A DNA stretch of 64,000 bases, taken from contig CAYLOQ010000001.1 in NCBI GenBank assembly GCA_964385425.1, forward strand, positions 161,420-225,419. The letters are read 5' to 3'. A program made the translations under genes and the position numbers. The notes under the pieces are model-generated. The model did not search any database, was not told the origin of the DNA, and saw only the letters and a list, made by a program, of their open reading frames with translations. The DNA is from Candidatus Woesearchaeota archaeon (GTDB taxonomy: Archaea > Nanobdellota > Nanobdellia > Pacearchaeales > GW2011-AR1). Below, piece by piece: positions 55,805 to 64,000 of this stretch (within the stretch, counting starts at the first letter, position 1; each line of letters starts with the position of its first letter).

Positions 55805-56572
55805 TTATTTTTTCTTTCTATACTTCTTTTTTGGTTTAATCTTTCCTTTCTTTTTTTTCCCAATTGTTTTCTTAATGCTTTTCTTTGATTTCATTGCTTT
55901 TTTTAATTTCTTTTTTATTCTTTTCCTTGTTTTCTTCTGTTCTGGTTCCTTTTTTAATTTTTTTCTGGCTCTTTGTTTAATTGCTCTTTTTTTGGCAGAA
56001 ATCCTTCCTTCTTTTTTACGTTCCTTCAACTTCTTTTTCTCTAGTTTACTCTTCTCAATTCCAATTTCCTGCTCAACCAACTCCAAATCCTTTTTTATCT
56101 TTTCCAAATGTTTTTTAAGATCCTTAATTAATTTGGTATTATCTTTTAGGGTAAAAATTGCACCACACTCATTACAGGCAAAATTATATAAAAGGGCGTT
56201 TTCCTCACTGACCTCGATCCCACACCTCTCACACACATAGAATCTCTTAGTCTCTCGACTTTTTATTTGGTTATCGAATTGACTTATTTTTTTATTTAAG
56301 TTGGCCTTCAAAAACTCTAATGACTTAAGGACTTCTATCTTCCAAAAATAAGTATACCATCCCTTCCTCTTATCTTTTTTTCGTATAGAAGAAACCAGAC
56401 CATGATCCGAAATTTTATATAAGATGTTTCTAGTCTGATTTATAGTTAAGTCTAGTTTTTTTGCGAGCACAAATTCATTAATGTATTTATTAGTATCTAA
56501 TAGGTCAACTATCTCTTCTGTCTGTTTCCCAACAACAATTGCCACAACCTCTTTCAAAAATTTTTTTAGCAT
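55805..56572 (-). CDS. tfe: Transcription factor E alpha with Lys-rich C-terminal tail
   Basis: Winged helix ..LAKKL...NQTRNILY, GWYTYFW, Zn ribbon C..C...F.C.ECG. Confidence 0.85.
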   Translation of the reverse strand: MLKKFLKEVVAIVVGKQTEEIVDLLDTNKYINEFVLAKKLDLTINQTRNILYKISDHGLVSSIRKKDKRKGWYTYFWKIEVLKSLEFLKANLNKKISQFDNQIKSRETKRFYVCERCGIEVSEENALLYNFACNECGAIFTLKDNTKLIKDLKKHLEKIKKDLELVEQEIGIEKSKLEKKKLKERKKEGRISAKKRAIKQRARKKLKKEPEQKKTRKRIKKKLKKAMKSKKSIKKTIGKKKKGKIKPKKKYRKKK

Positions 56573-56696
56573 CCAAGAGTTAAAAAGTGTCTAAATAAAT
56601 ACCTTTCGGTTTTTTTTAATTCTATTGCTCATAAAAAATAAAAGTTTTTAAACCTGTATTGCATTTTATATATATCACAAACTCTATATTTAATTA

Positions 56697-57308
56697 TTGG
56701 TTTGGAACAGAAAAATGGGGTTATTCAAGAAAAAAAATAAGAAAGATAAAAAAGAGGACATTCCTTCCTTACCAGAACTTCCCAAACTTCCAGAATTCCC
56801 TAGATTGGAAGACGAAGAAACTCCTAATCTGAAAAGATCGATACATCAATTACCCGGTTTTCCTTCTAACTCCCTTGGTAAAAAATTTTCTCAAGACAGT
56901 ATCAAAGATGCTGTAGCCGGGGAGAAAAGAGGTATTGGGGGTTTAGATGTAGATGAATTCGAAACAGAAGACGAGATACGAATGATGCAAGAACCCCTAA
57001 AAAGACCCTTAACAAAAGAACTGCCTTTTGAAGACATGGAAGAAGATGAATTTTTAGAAAGACCCAAAATTTCTGAGAGAATAACAAGAGAGGCAGAACC
57101 TGTATTCATAAGGATAGATAAATTTGAAGAAGGGTTACGTATATTCAGAGAAACAAAAAAGAAGATTCACGATATAGAAAGGACATTAGAGGAAACAAAA
57201 AGAATAAAAGAAAAAGAAGAGAGAGAATTACGGGAGTGGGGAAACGAAATTAGAACGATAAAGAATCAGATTGAGAAAATAGATAGGGATATTTTTTCTA
57301 AGATATAA
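56697..57308 (+). CDS. Hypothetical protein, Pro/acidic N-terminus and coiled-coil C-terminus
   Basis: 203-aa ORF; composition. Confidence 0.7.
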   Translation: MVWNRKMGLFKKKNKKDKKEDIPSLPELPKLPEFPRLEDEETPNLKRSIHQLPGFPSNSLGKKFSQDSIKDAVAGEKRGIGGLDVDEFETEDEIRMMQEPLKRPLTKELPFEDMEEDEFLERPKISERITREAEPVFIRIDKFEEGLRIFRETKKKIHDIERTLEETKRIKEKEERELREWGNEIRTIKNQIEKIDRDIFSKI

Positions 57309-57682
57309 TGACCAGCGAAAACCTGATACATCTAAAACTAGAGAATAGAGAAGCTCTTCAATTAAAAAAGGATCTTCTCTCTACAGAAATGGGTCTATTA
57401 AAAACAGCAAAAATAATAAGAAATTACGGTTATTTTAGATCAGAGGAACTAAGATTAAAATTAATATTGTATAAAAAAATAAGGGAAGTAAAAATGAATA
57501 TCGGAAGATTACAGAAAGTTCTTCCAAAATTAAAAGTTCCAGAAATATTAAGAAAAAATGACGAGGCAACAGTTCCCACAAAACAAGAGATGAGAAAAAA
57601 GGTCTATCGCGATAATAGTCTAGAAACCCAACTCCAAGAAATTCAAAACCGACTCAATGAATTGCAGAGAGATGGTATTTAA
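57308..57682 (+). CDS. Hypothetical coiled-coil protein
   Basis: Start overlaps the upstream stop. Confidence 0.7.
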   Translation: MTSENLIHLKLENREALQLKKDLLSTEMGLLKTAKIIRNYGYFRSEELRLKLILYKKIREVKMNIGRLQKVLPKLKVPEILRKNDEATVPTKQEMRKKVYRDNSLETQLQEIQNRLNELQRDGI

Positions 57683-57729
57683 TTTTTACAAATCAAATAG
57701 TTTTTAAAATTCTTTTTCTATCTAGAATA

Positions 57730-59559
57730 ATGAATAGGAAAGAATTGATAAAAAAATATCTAGAATTTTTTAAGTCTAAAGGTCATAATGTAATTCCTTC
57801 TGCATCTCTTGTGCCAGCAAACGACCCTACGACATTATTCATTTCAGCAGGTATGCAACCCTTTGTGCCTTATTTACTAGGAAAAAAACATCCTTCTGGA
57901 AAAAGGCTCGTTAATGTCCAAAAATGTATAAGAACTACAGATATCGAAGAAGTCGGCGACCCTTATCATCACACCTTCTTTGAAATGCTTGGCAATTGGT
58001 CTCTCGGAGATTATTTCAAGAAAGAAGCCATAGAAATGAGTTTTGAATTTTTGACATCTAAAAAATGGCTTGGACTTGATAAAAATAAGATATCTGTTTC
58101 TTGTTTTGATGGAGATAAAAAAAAGGGTGTGCCTAAAGATTTAGAGTCAGCTAAAATTTGGAGATCATTAAAAATTCCTAGATTGGTATGGATAAAAAAT
58201 GATAACTGGTGGGGTCCTGCAGGTAAAACAGGACCTTGCGGACCAGATACAGAGATGTTTTATTGGTCTTCAAAAGAAAAAGTTCCTAAAGAATTCGATC
58301 CCAACAAATCAACCTCTGCAACAGACGGAAAGGATTGGGTTGAAATTTGGAATGATGTTTTCATGGAATACAATAAAACGTCAAAAGGGAACTACGAACC
58401 TTTAAAACAAAAAAATGTCGATACAGGTATGGGTGTTGAAAGAACAGTTGCAATTCTAAATGGTTTAGATGATAATTACATGACAGAAGCTTGGAAACCT
58501 ATTATAGATAAAATTTTAGATCTATCTCCCCACTTTAAAAAGTATGATGGAAATAAAAGAATTAGAATTATTGCTGACCATATTAAAGCTGCCGTTTTCA
58601 TAATCGCTGATGGAGTAACACCAAGCAACACAAAACAAGGATATGTTCTAAGACGTTTAATAAGAAGGGCTGTAAGACATGGAAAAAGATTCACATTAAA
58701 AGATTTCACCGACAAAGTTGCAGAACCTGTTTTTGATATTTATGATGATTACAAAGAATTGAAAGAAAATAAAAAACATATTCTAAAAATTCTAAATGAG
58801 GAGGAAGAAAGATTCAATAAAACTCTTGAAAAAGGATTATTAGTATTTACAAGAAAACAAGTTAAAATTATAGATAATATTAAAAAGAAAAAAGGTAAAT
58901 TACCTCGAAGAATAAAATCGTTTGGTATTCTTTCTGGAAAAGATGCATTTTTATTATACCAATCTTATGGATTTCCATTGGAGTTAACACAAGAAGAGGT
59001 TAAAAATAGAGGTATGAAATTTGGTAAAAAGGAATTAAAAGAATTCCAAGAAGAACTCAAAAAACACCAAAAACTTTCGCGAACAGCCTCTTCAGGAAGT
59101 TTCAAGTCAGGACTTGCAGATCATTCAGAGCAGACAACAAAGCTTCATACAGCAACGCATCTTCTCAACCAGGCATTAAGAGAAGTTCTTGGCAGCGACG
59201 TGAAACAAAAAGGTTCAAACATAACTCCAGAGAGATTAAGGTTTGATTTTAATTTTCCGAGAAAACTTACGGATGAAGAAATAAAAAAAGTGGAGGACCT
59301 TGTTAACAAGAAAATTTCTGATAACATAAAAGTAACTTCTGAAGAAATGTCTCTAAAACAGGCGCTAAAATCAGGAGCGCAATCAGAATTTGGTGCAAAA
59401 TATCCTGACAAGGTTAATGTTTACACTATCGGAAAATTCTCAAAAGAAATCTGCACAGGACCCCATATAAAAAATACAAAAGAGCTGGGAATATTCAAAA
59501 TAACCAAGGAAGAATCTTCAAGCGCAGGAATCAGAAGAATTAAGGCTGTTGTTGAGTGA
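57730..59559 (+). CDS. alaS: Alanine--tRNA ligase, short form lacking the C-Ala domain
   Basis: LF.SAGMQP, HHTFFEMLGNWSLGDYFK, WGPAG.TGPCGP, HTATHLL, EICTGPH; ends after the editing domain. Confidence 0.96.
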   Translation: MNRKELIKKYLEFFKSKGHNVIPSASLVPANDPTTLFISAGMQPFVPYLLGKKHPSGKRLVNVQKCIRTTDIEEVGDPYHHTFFEMLGNWSLGDYFKKEAIEMSFEFLTSKKWLGLDKNKISVSCFDGDKKKGVPKDLESAKIWRSLKIPRLVWIKNDNWWGPAGKTGPCGPDTEMFYWSSKEKVPKEFDPNKSTSATDGKDWVEIWNDVFMEYNKTSKGNYEPLKQKNVDTGMGVERTVAILNGLDDNYMTEAWKPIIDKILDLSPHFKKYDGNKRIRIIADHIKAAVFIIADGVTPSNTKQGYVLRRLIRRAVRHGKRFTLKDFTDKVAEPVFDIYDDYKELKENKKHILKILNEEEERFNKTLEKGLLVFTRKQVKIIDNIKKKKGKLPRRIKSFGILSGKDAFLLYQSYGFPLELTQEEVKNRGMKFGKKELKEFQEELKKHQKLSRTASSGSFKSGLADHSEQTTKLHTATHLLNQALREVLGSDVKQKGSNITPERLRFDFNFPRKLTDEEIKKVEDLVNKKISDNIKVTSEEMSLKQALKSGAQSEFGAKYPDKVNVYTIGKFSKEICTGPHIKNTKELGIFKITKEESSSAGIRRIKAVVE

Positions 59560-59613
59560 TTAATTTGAACTTGACACTCTAAAATGTAGATAAATAACAC
59601 GGCAAAAAAATAC

Positions 59614-60054
59614 TTAAAAGTCTATTTCATCACTAAAATCAAATTCTCTTTCTACCCAAAAACTATTTATCTCTTCAGAATCTGGATTAACTGCTATGTC
59701 TCTAATATTTACTCCTTGTTTTCTTAATTCTGGAACAATTAATTCAGCAAATGTCTGAGCTACCAGCTTTGGAATTGCACGATAATCCATAGAATAGTCA
59801 TCTAGAACTAATTGTCCTTGAGCATTTGTATAACAACTTCCACCACCAACTAGTGCCGATTCAGATAAATTAAATCTTCTAGTAACATCGCTATGTTTAC
59901 CACCCCCTGCAACATAGATAGAAACTACATTTCCTAGCGCTTCAGCTACAAATTTATGATCTGCATTACGGGGGTTATCTCCTTCATACCGAATTAAGTC
60001 TGGATGGATTTTCAAACCACCTATCCTATATTCTAAATCCTTATTTTCTTCCAT
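59614..60054 (-). CDS. Janus/Ocnus (PHPT1 phosphohistidine phosphatase)-like protein
   Basis: HKFV...KHSDV...VGGG...YSMDY matches the recalled PHPT1 pattern FKYV...HADI...LGGG...YSMAY. Confidence 0.55.
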   Translation of the reverse strand: MEENKDLEYRIGGLKIHPDLIRYEGDNPRNADHKFVAEALGNVVSIYVAGGGKHSDVTRRFNLSESALVGGGSCYTNAQGQLVLDDYSMDYRAIPKLVAQTFAELIVPELRKQGVNIRDIAVNPDSEEINSFWVEREFDFSDEIDF

Positions 60055-60088
60055 AATTTTCTAAGAAATAGACTACTTATAAACCTTA

Positions 60089-61150
60089 TTAATTGGGATT
60101 ATATTCATCTACCAAACCATATTTTTTTCTTAATTTAGTCAATCTTAATTTTTGGAGTATGCTAATCTTTCCACTGTCTCTTATAGCTTTATTTATTTTA
60201 GAAATTTCATCAGCATCTCTATATTCATACAGACTTTTTCCCAGAGAATCCCCAGAAGAGATCATAAGCACTTCTGGTTCTGATTCTAAGGTTATCCCAC
60301 CTATGTATTCTATAGAATTGTCTGTGATTATCGACGGCCCTGTTGTTTCAATGAAACAATAACCTGTATTATTCAGGCTTTTCTCAATAGGACATTTTAT
60401 ACCGAGAGATTCGTGATTCTCATCAGCATGATAAAAAAATACAACACCATACCCCATTTCTCTCAATATAAATGCCAGTAATTCAGATTTCTCCCCACAG
60501 ATTCCTCCTGTATCATAAAGGACCTCATAAGGGCGCCTAGAATAACTTAAAGTCCTATTTCCCCCTAGATTAATGACTTTTTCCGAATAACCAAAGGGGA
60601 TGTTCTGAACCATACTCACAGCTATTCTGAACTGATCTTCTCTATTGTTAGTTATGTTTTGTATTTTTTTAACCAAAGGGAGTAAGAGTTCTCTCTGCTC
60701 TTCTTCATCAATATTTTTAAGTTTGAAATCGGTTCTTGAAGGATCTTCACCAGAAGAATAATAGATAAAACCAGGAATAGTGAAAAGATAATCTACCATC
60801 CCTTCATAAACTGTAAAGTTTATTTCATTTTCATCTCCCCTTAAAACATAATTCAGTGTTATATCTTTAGGATTTGTCTGATATTTTGAGGAACATAGGT
60901 CTCCTTCTTGAGTCAAAAGATTAGGACAACCACAAACAGATGCTTTCTCAATCAGGGTTCCCTGTGAACAGAAATAAGGTTTTGATAAAGAACAAGTTTC
61001 ATAAAGGGTTTCATCACCACAAGTTAGACTTTTTTCATCAAAGACATTTCCTATAATAACTAAGAATAAAACAAAAAGAAGAGATAAAATAATGATGGTG
61101 TATTTCTTTATGTTTAATGGTTTCTCCACCTCTTTTTCTTTTTTAGACAT
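60089..61150 (-). CDS. Membrane-anchored transglutaminase-like protein
   Basis: N-terminal TM, Cys-rich segment, GICGEKSELLA..LREMGY, HESLG, IETT. Confidence 0.75.
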   Translation of the reverse strand: MSKKEKEVEKPLNIKKYTIIILSLLFVLFLVIIGNVFDEKSLTCGDETLYETCSLSKPYFCSQGTLIEKASVCGCPNLLTQEGDLCSSKYQTNPKDITLNYVLRGDENEINFTVYEGMVDYLFTIPGFIYYSSGEDPSRTDFKLKNIDEEEQRELLLPLVKKIQNITNNREDQFRIAVSMVQNIPFGYSEKVINLGGNRTLSYSRRPYEVLYDTGGICGEKSELLAFILREMGYGVVFFYHADENHESLGIKCPIEKSLNNTGYCFIETTGPSIITDNSIEYIGGITLESEPEVLMISSGDSLGKSLYEYRDADEISKINKAIRDSGKISILQKLRLTKLRKKYGLVDEYNPN

Positions 61151-61155
61151 TTGAA

Positions 61156-63627
61156 TTATTCCAAATATATAGCTGGTTTGTCTGGCTTTGTTTTCTTTGA
61201 TTTGTTTTCAGGATCATAGATCTTTTTATCATTCACAGAATATATCTCTAAATCAAACCCTGTTCTCTTCTTTATAAATCCAGAAGATTCTGTATAGCTA
61301 TTTTTCTCCTTGGGCAAGACATAAATAAATGCCTTACTAATTTTCTTTCCCTTTTCTTTTATAAGATTTGACACATGATTGATATCTCGGATAAGTTTAT
61401 CGATATTTTGATCTTGTCTTTCCATTTTTTCATCAATCTTTTTTTCGTCAGCCTTGGGCCATTTTTCCAAACTAAGAAATCCTTTATTCCCAATTTTTTC
61501 CCATATTTCTTCTGTTGTATGCGGACAAAAAGGATGTAATAATTTCAGGAAAATTTCTGCATTCTTCTTTGAAATTTCTTTTTCAGAGAAATAATTAAAC
61601 AACCCCCTAATTTTAATAATAGCCAAATTATACTTGAAATGTTTTATATCTTCGGTGACTTCTTTAACTGCCCTGTTCAGTTTACTTTCTGCTCTTACAT
61701 CAGCTTTTCCAAATTTGCCAGATTTGAAATAATCCATAAATTTATTAATAAATCTTAGACTACCTTCTATTCCTTTTTCACCCCATTCGATATCCTTATC
61801 AGAAGACGCTATCGAGACTAAAAAGAGTCGCGCAGTATCTATCCCATATCTCTTAGAAACATCCTCTGGGAGGATCACATTCCCCCTTGATTTCGACATT
61901 ACATAACCATCAGAACCATGAAGCATTCCTTGATTGAAAAGTTTTGTAAATGGTTCATCAAATTCTAAAAAACCGAGATCTCTCAAGGCCTTTGTGAAAA
62001 ACCTAGCATAAAGCAAATGCATGCATGCATGCTCGGCTCCACCAATATATTGGTCAACAGGCATCCAGTAATAAATTTTCTTATTCTCAAATGGCTTTCT
62101 AGAATTTTTGTTATCGCAATATCTTAGATAATACCACGCACTGTCAACAAAAGTATCCATTGTATCTGTCTCTCTCCTCCCCTTTCCCCCACATTTAGGA
62201 CACTTAACTTCGAGGAATTTCTTATTGGTTTCTAAGGGATTTCCCTTACCAAATTTAACATTCATTGGTAGTTTTATGGGTAAGTCTTTTTCAGCCACAG
62301 GAATAATCCCGCATTTGTCACAATAGACGACAGGAATGGGTGTGCCCCAATATCTCTGACGAGAAATAAGCCAGTCTTTTAATTTAAATTGGACTACTTT
62401 TTTTCCCAAACCCCTTTTCTTTAGATGTTTTGTTATGGCTTCTGCCGCTTTCTGACTTTCCATCTCGTTGAATTTTTCAGAATTTACCAGGGTTCCTTCA
62501 CCAGTATAGGCTCTTGGGATTTTTCCTTCTCTAGAATAAATTTCAAAATCTTTCGGTTCTATAACAATTCTGGTGGGGATGTTATATTTCACTGAAAACT
62601 CAAAATCCCTCTGATCATGAGCAGGAACCCCCATAACCATACCACACCCATAATCAGCGACGACAAAATTTCCAACATAAACGGGTATCTTTTCATCATT
62701 AATCGGATTTATAGCATAACTCCCTGTAAATATTCCTTCCTTTTCTAGTTCTTCTAAATCTTTCTCACCCACAGATTTTAGTTTTTTCAAAAATTCCTCT
62801 ACTTCTTTTTTCTTTTCTTCTGTAACTATCTCAAAAAGCCTTTGGTGTTGGGAAGAGATAACCATAAAAGTAACCCCGTAGATAGTATCAGGTCTCGTCG
62901 TAAAAATAGGCCATCTTTCCCGATTTATTTCAAAGTCAATTTCTGTTCCATGACTTTTCCCTATCCAGTTTTTCTGCATTATCTTTATTTTTTCAGGCCA
63001 CCTTAACCCACCAACAATATCTAAAAGCTCTTCAACATATTCTGTAGTTTTTAGGAACCACTGCTCGAGTTGTCTAATTTCTACATCTACATCTCCATGT
63101 ATCCAGCATTTTCCTCCATGTACCTGTTCGTTAGCCAATACAGTATTACATTTAGAACACCAATTAACAGGGGCTTTTTTTCTATAGGCCAGTCCTTTCT
63201 CTAAGAATTTCAAAAAGAAAAACTGATTCCATATGTAATAATCTGGTTTATGGGTCATAAGAATCCTTGACCAATCATAACTCAATCCAAGTTCTTTTTG
63301 TTGTTTTATAAAATTCCTGATAGATTTTTCTGTATATATTTTTGGATGGACTCCTTCTTTAATCGCCGCGTTTTCAGCGGGTAGACCAAAACTATCATAA
63401 CCCATGGGATAGAGCACATTGAATCCCTGCATTCTCTTAAACCTCGCATAGACATCCCCTACGGTGTAATTAAAAGCGTGTCCCATGTGTAAACCAGAAC
63501 CAGAGGGATAAGGATACATCTCTAGAACATAGAATTTCTTTTTCTTTCCTTCCCTTACTTGGAAAATTTTCTTGGCCGCCCATTTCTTCTGCCACTTTTT
63601 TTCTATTTTTTTAAAATTGTATACCAT
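61156..63627 (-). CDS. leuS: Leucine--tRNA ligase, bacterial type
   Basis: [46 protein letters not shown]. Confidence 0.96.
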   Translation of the reverse strand: MVYNFKKIEKKWQKKWAAKKIFQVREGKKKKFYVLEMYPYPSGSGLHMGHAFNYTVGDVYARFKRMQGFNVLYPMGYDSFGLPAENAAIKEGVHPKIYTEKSIRNFIKQQKELGLSYDWSRILMTHKPDYYIWNQFFFLKFLEKGLAYRKKAPVNWCSKCNTVLANEQVHGGKCWIHGDVDVEIRQLEQWFLKTTEYVEELLDIVGGLRWPEKIKIMQKNWIGKSHGTEIDFEINRERWPIFTTRPDTIYGVTFMVISSQHQRLFEIVTEEKKKEVEEFLKKLKSVGEKDLEELEKEGIFTGSYAINPINDEKIPVYVGNFVVADYGCGMVMGVPAHDQRDFEFSVKYNIPTRIVIEPKDFEIYSREGKIPRAYTGEGTLVNSEKFNEMESQKAAEAITKHLKKRGLGKKVVQFKLKDWLISRQRYWGTPIPVVYCDKCGIIPVAEKDLPIKLPMNVKFGKGNPLETNKKFLEVKCPKCGGKGRRETDTMDTFVDSAWYYLRYCDNKNSRKPFENKKIYYWMPVDQYIGGAEHACMHLLYARFFTKALRDLGFLEFDEPFTKLFNQGMLHGSDGYVMSKSRGNVILPEDVSKRYGIDTARLFLVSIASSDKDIEWGEKGIEGSLRFINKFMDYFKSGKFGKADVRAESKLNRAVKEVTEDIKHFKYNLAIIKIRGLFNYFSEKEISKKNAEIFLKLLHPFCPHTTEEIWEKIGNKGFLSLEKWPKADEKKIDEKMERQDQNIDKLIRDINHVSNLIKEKGKKISKAFIYVLPKEKNSYTESSGFIKKRTGFDLEIYSVNDKKIYDPENKSKKTKPDKPAIYLE

Positions 63628-63682
63628 TGTGATACATGAACACGTCAGCAACTTTTAAATATTGTCCTTGATTCATAAGAAT

Positions 63683-64000
63683 ATGAAAAGGATTCAGACA
63701 TATATTGTAGGAGAAATCATTTCAAGCAATGATCCTGAAGCAAATTCCCTTTACAAAAAGAGTCATTTTGGAGAACCTGTTGGAGAAAAAATCCAATATT
63801 CAATCCCGGAGACATTGTTCCTTTCTGAAAAAGGAAAAATAGAAGTATTTTTAAGAGGTAAAAAGATTACGAAAAAAGATTTAATAAAAAAACTCCAAAG
63901 GGTGGATAAAAGGATTCAAATAAAATATCCTGTCTTCAGGGATTTAAGGGAACGGGGTTACATAGTAAAAACCGCACTCAAGTTTGGAGCTGATTTCAGA
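63683..64000 (+). CDS. endA: tRNA-intron endonuclease, partial (runs off the window edge)
   Basis: Manual translation ...KYPVFRDLRERGYIVKTALKFGADFR; not in the ORF track. Confidence 0.92.
   Translation, partial: MKRIQTYIVGEIISSNDPEANSLYKKSHFGEPVGEKIQYSIPETLFLSEKGKIEVFLRGKKITKKDLIKKLQRVDKRIQIKYPVFRDLRERGYIVKTALKFGADFR

Noticed and set aside
1-64000. CRISPR array, rRNA, transposase, integrase, reverse transcriptase or intein
   Set aside because: No regularly spaced repeats, rRNA-like GC-rich blocks or diagnostic motifs were seen by eye; MCM and the other proteins have normal or reduced lengths

Overview
AT-rich (roughly one-third GC by eye) archaeal chromosome segment. Gene content and compact style point to a DPANN archaeon, most likely Pacearchaeota/Woesearchaeota-like (inference). 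It is mainly informational housekeeping: valS (partial), secG, nac, minD, metG, glmS, rpl15e, lig, tbp, mcm, RPA, aIF2b, aIF1A, mnmA, ftsZ, a full transamidation set (gatCAB, aspS, gatDE), proS, dys, tfe, alaS, leuS and endA (partial), with many solitary hypothetical ORFs between them. All three tRNA genes carry introns, five in total. The highlight is tRNA-Asn(GTT). Besides a 37/38 intron, it has a 38-nt intron with bulge-helix geometry inside the 3' strand of the acceptor stem (70/71), leaving a 3-nt final exon. tRNA-Ile(GAT) has introns at 30/31 and 37/38 whose splice motifs are mutually exclusive, and it lies directly downstream of a free-standing LAGLIDADG gene. Other notable items: a cyclodipeptide synthase-like gene, a PHPT1/Janus-like protein, an accessory operon with AvpA/C-type-lectin-like (DGR-target-like) proteins, three palindromic TATA boxes upstream of tbp, and several sub-60-aa ORFs missed by the ORF track. 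No CRISPR array, rRNA, transposase, integrase or reverse transcriptase was seen. Family assignments come from motif recognition only; no searches were run.
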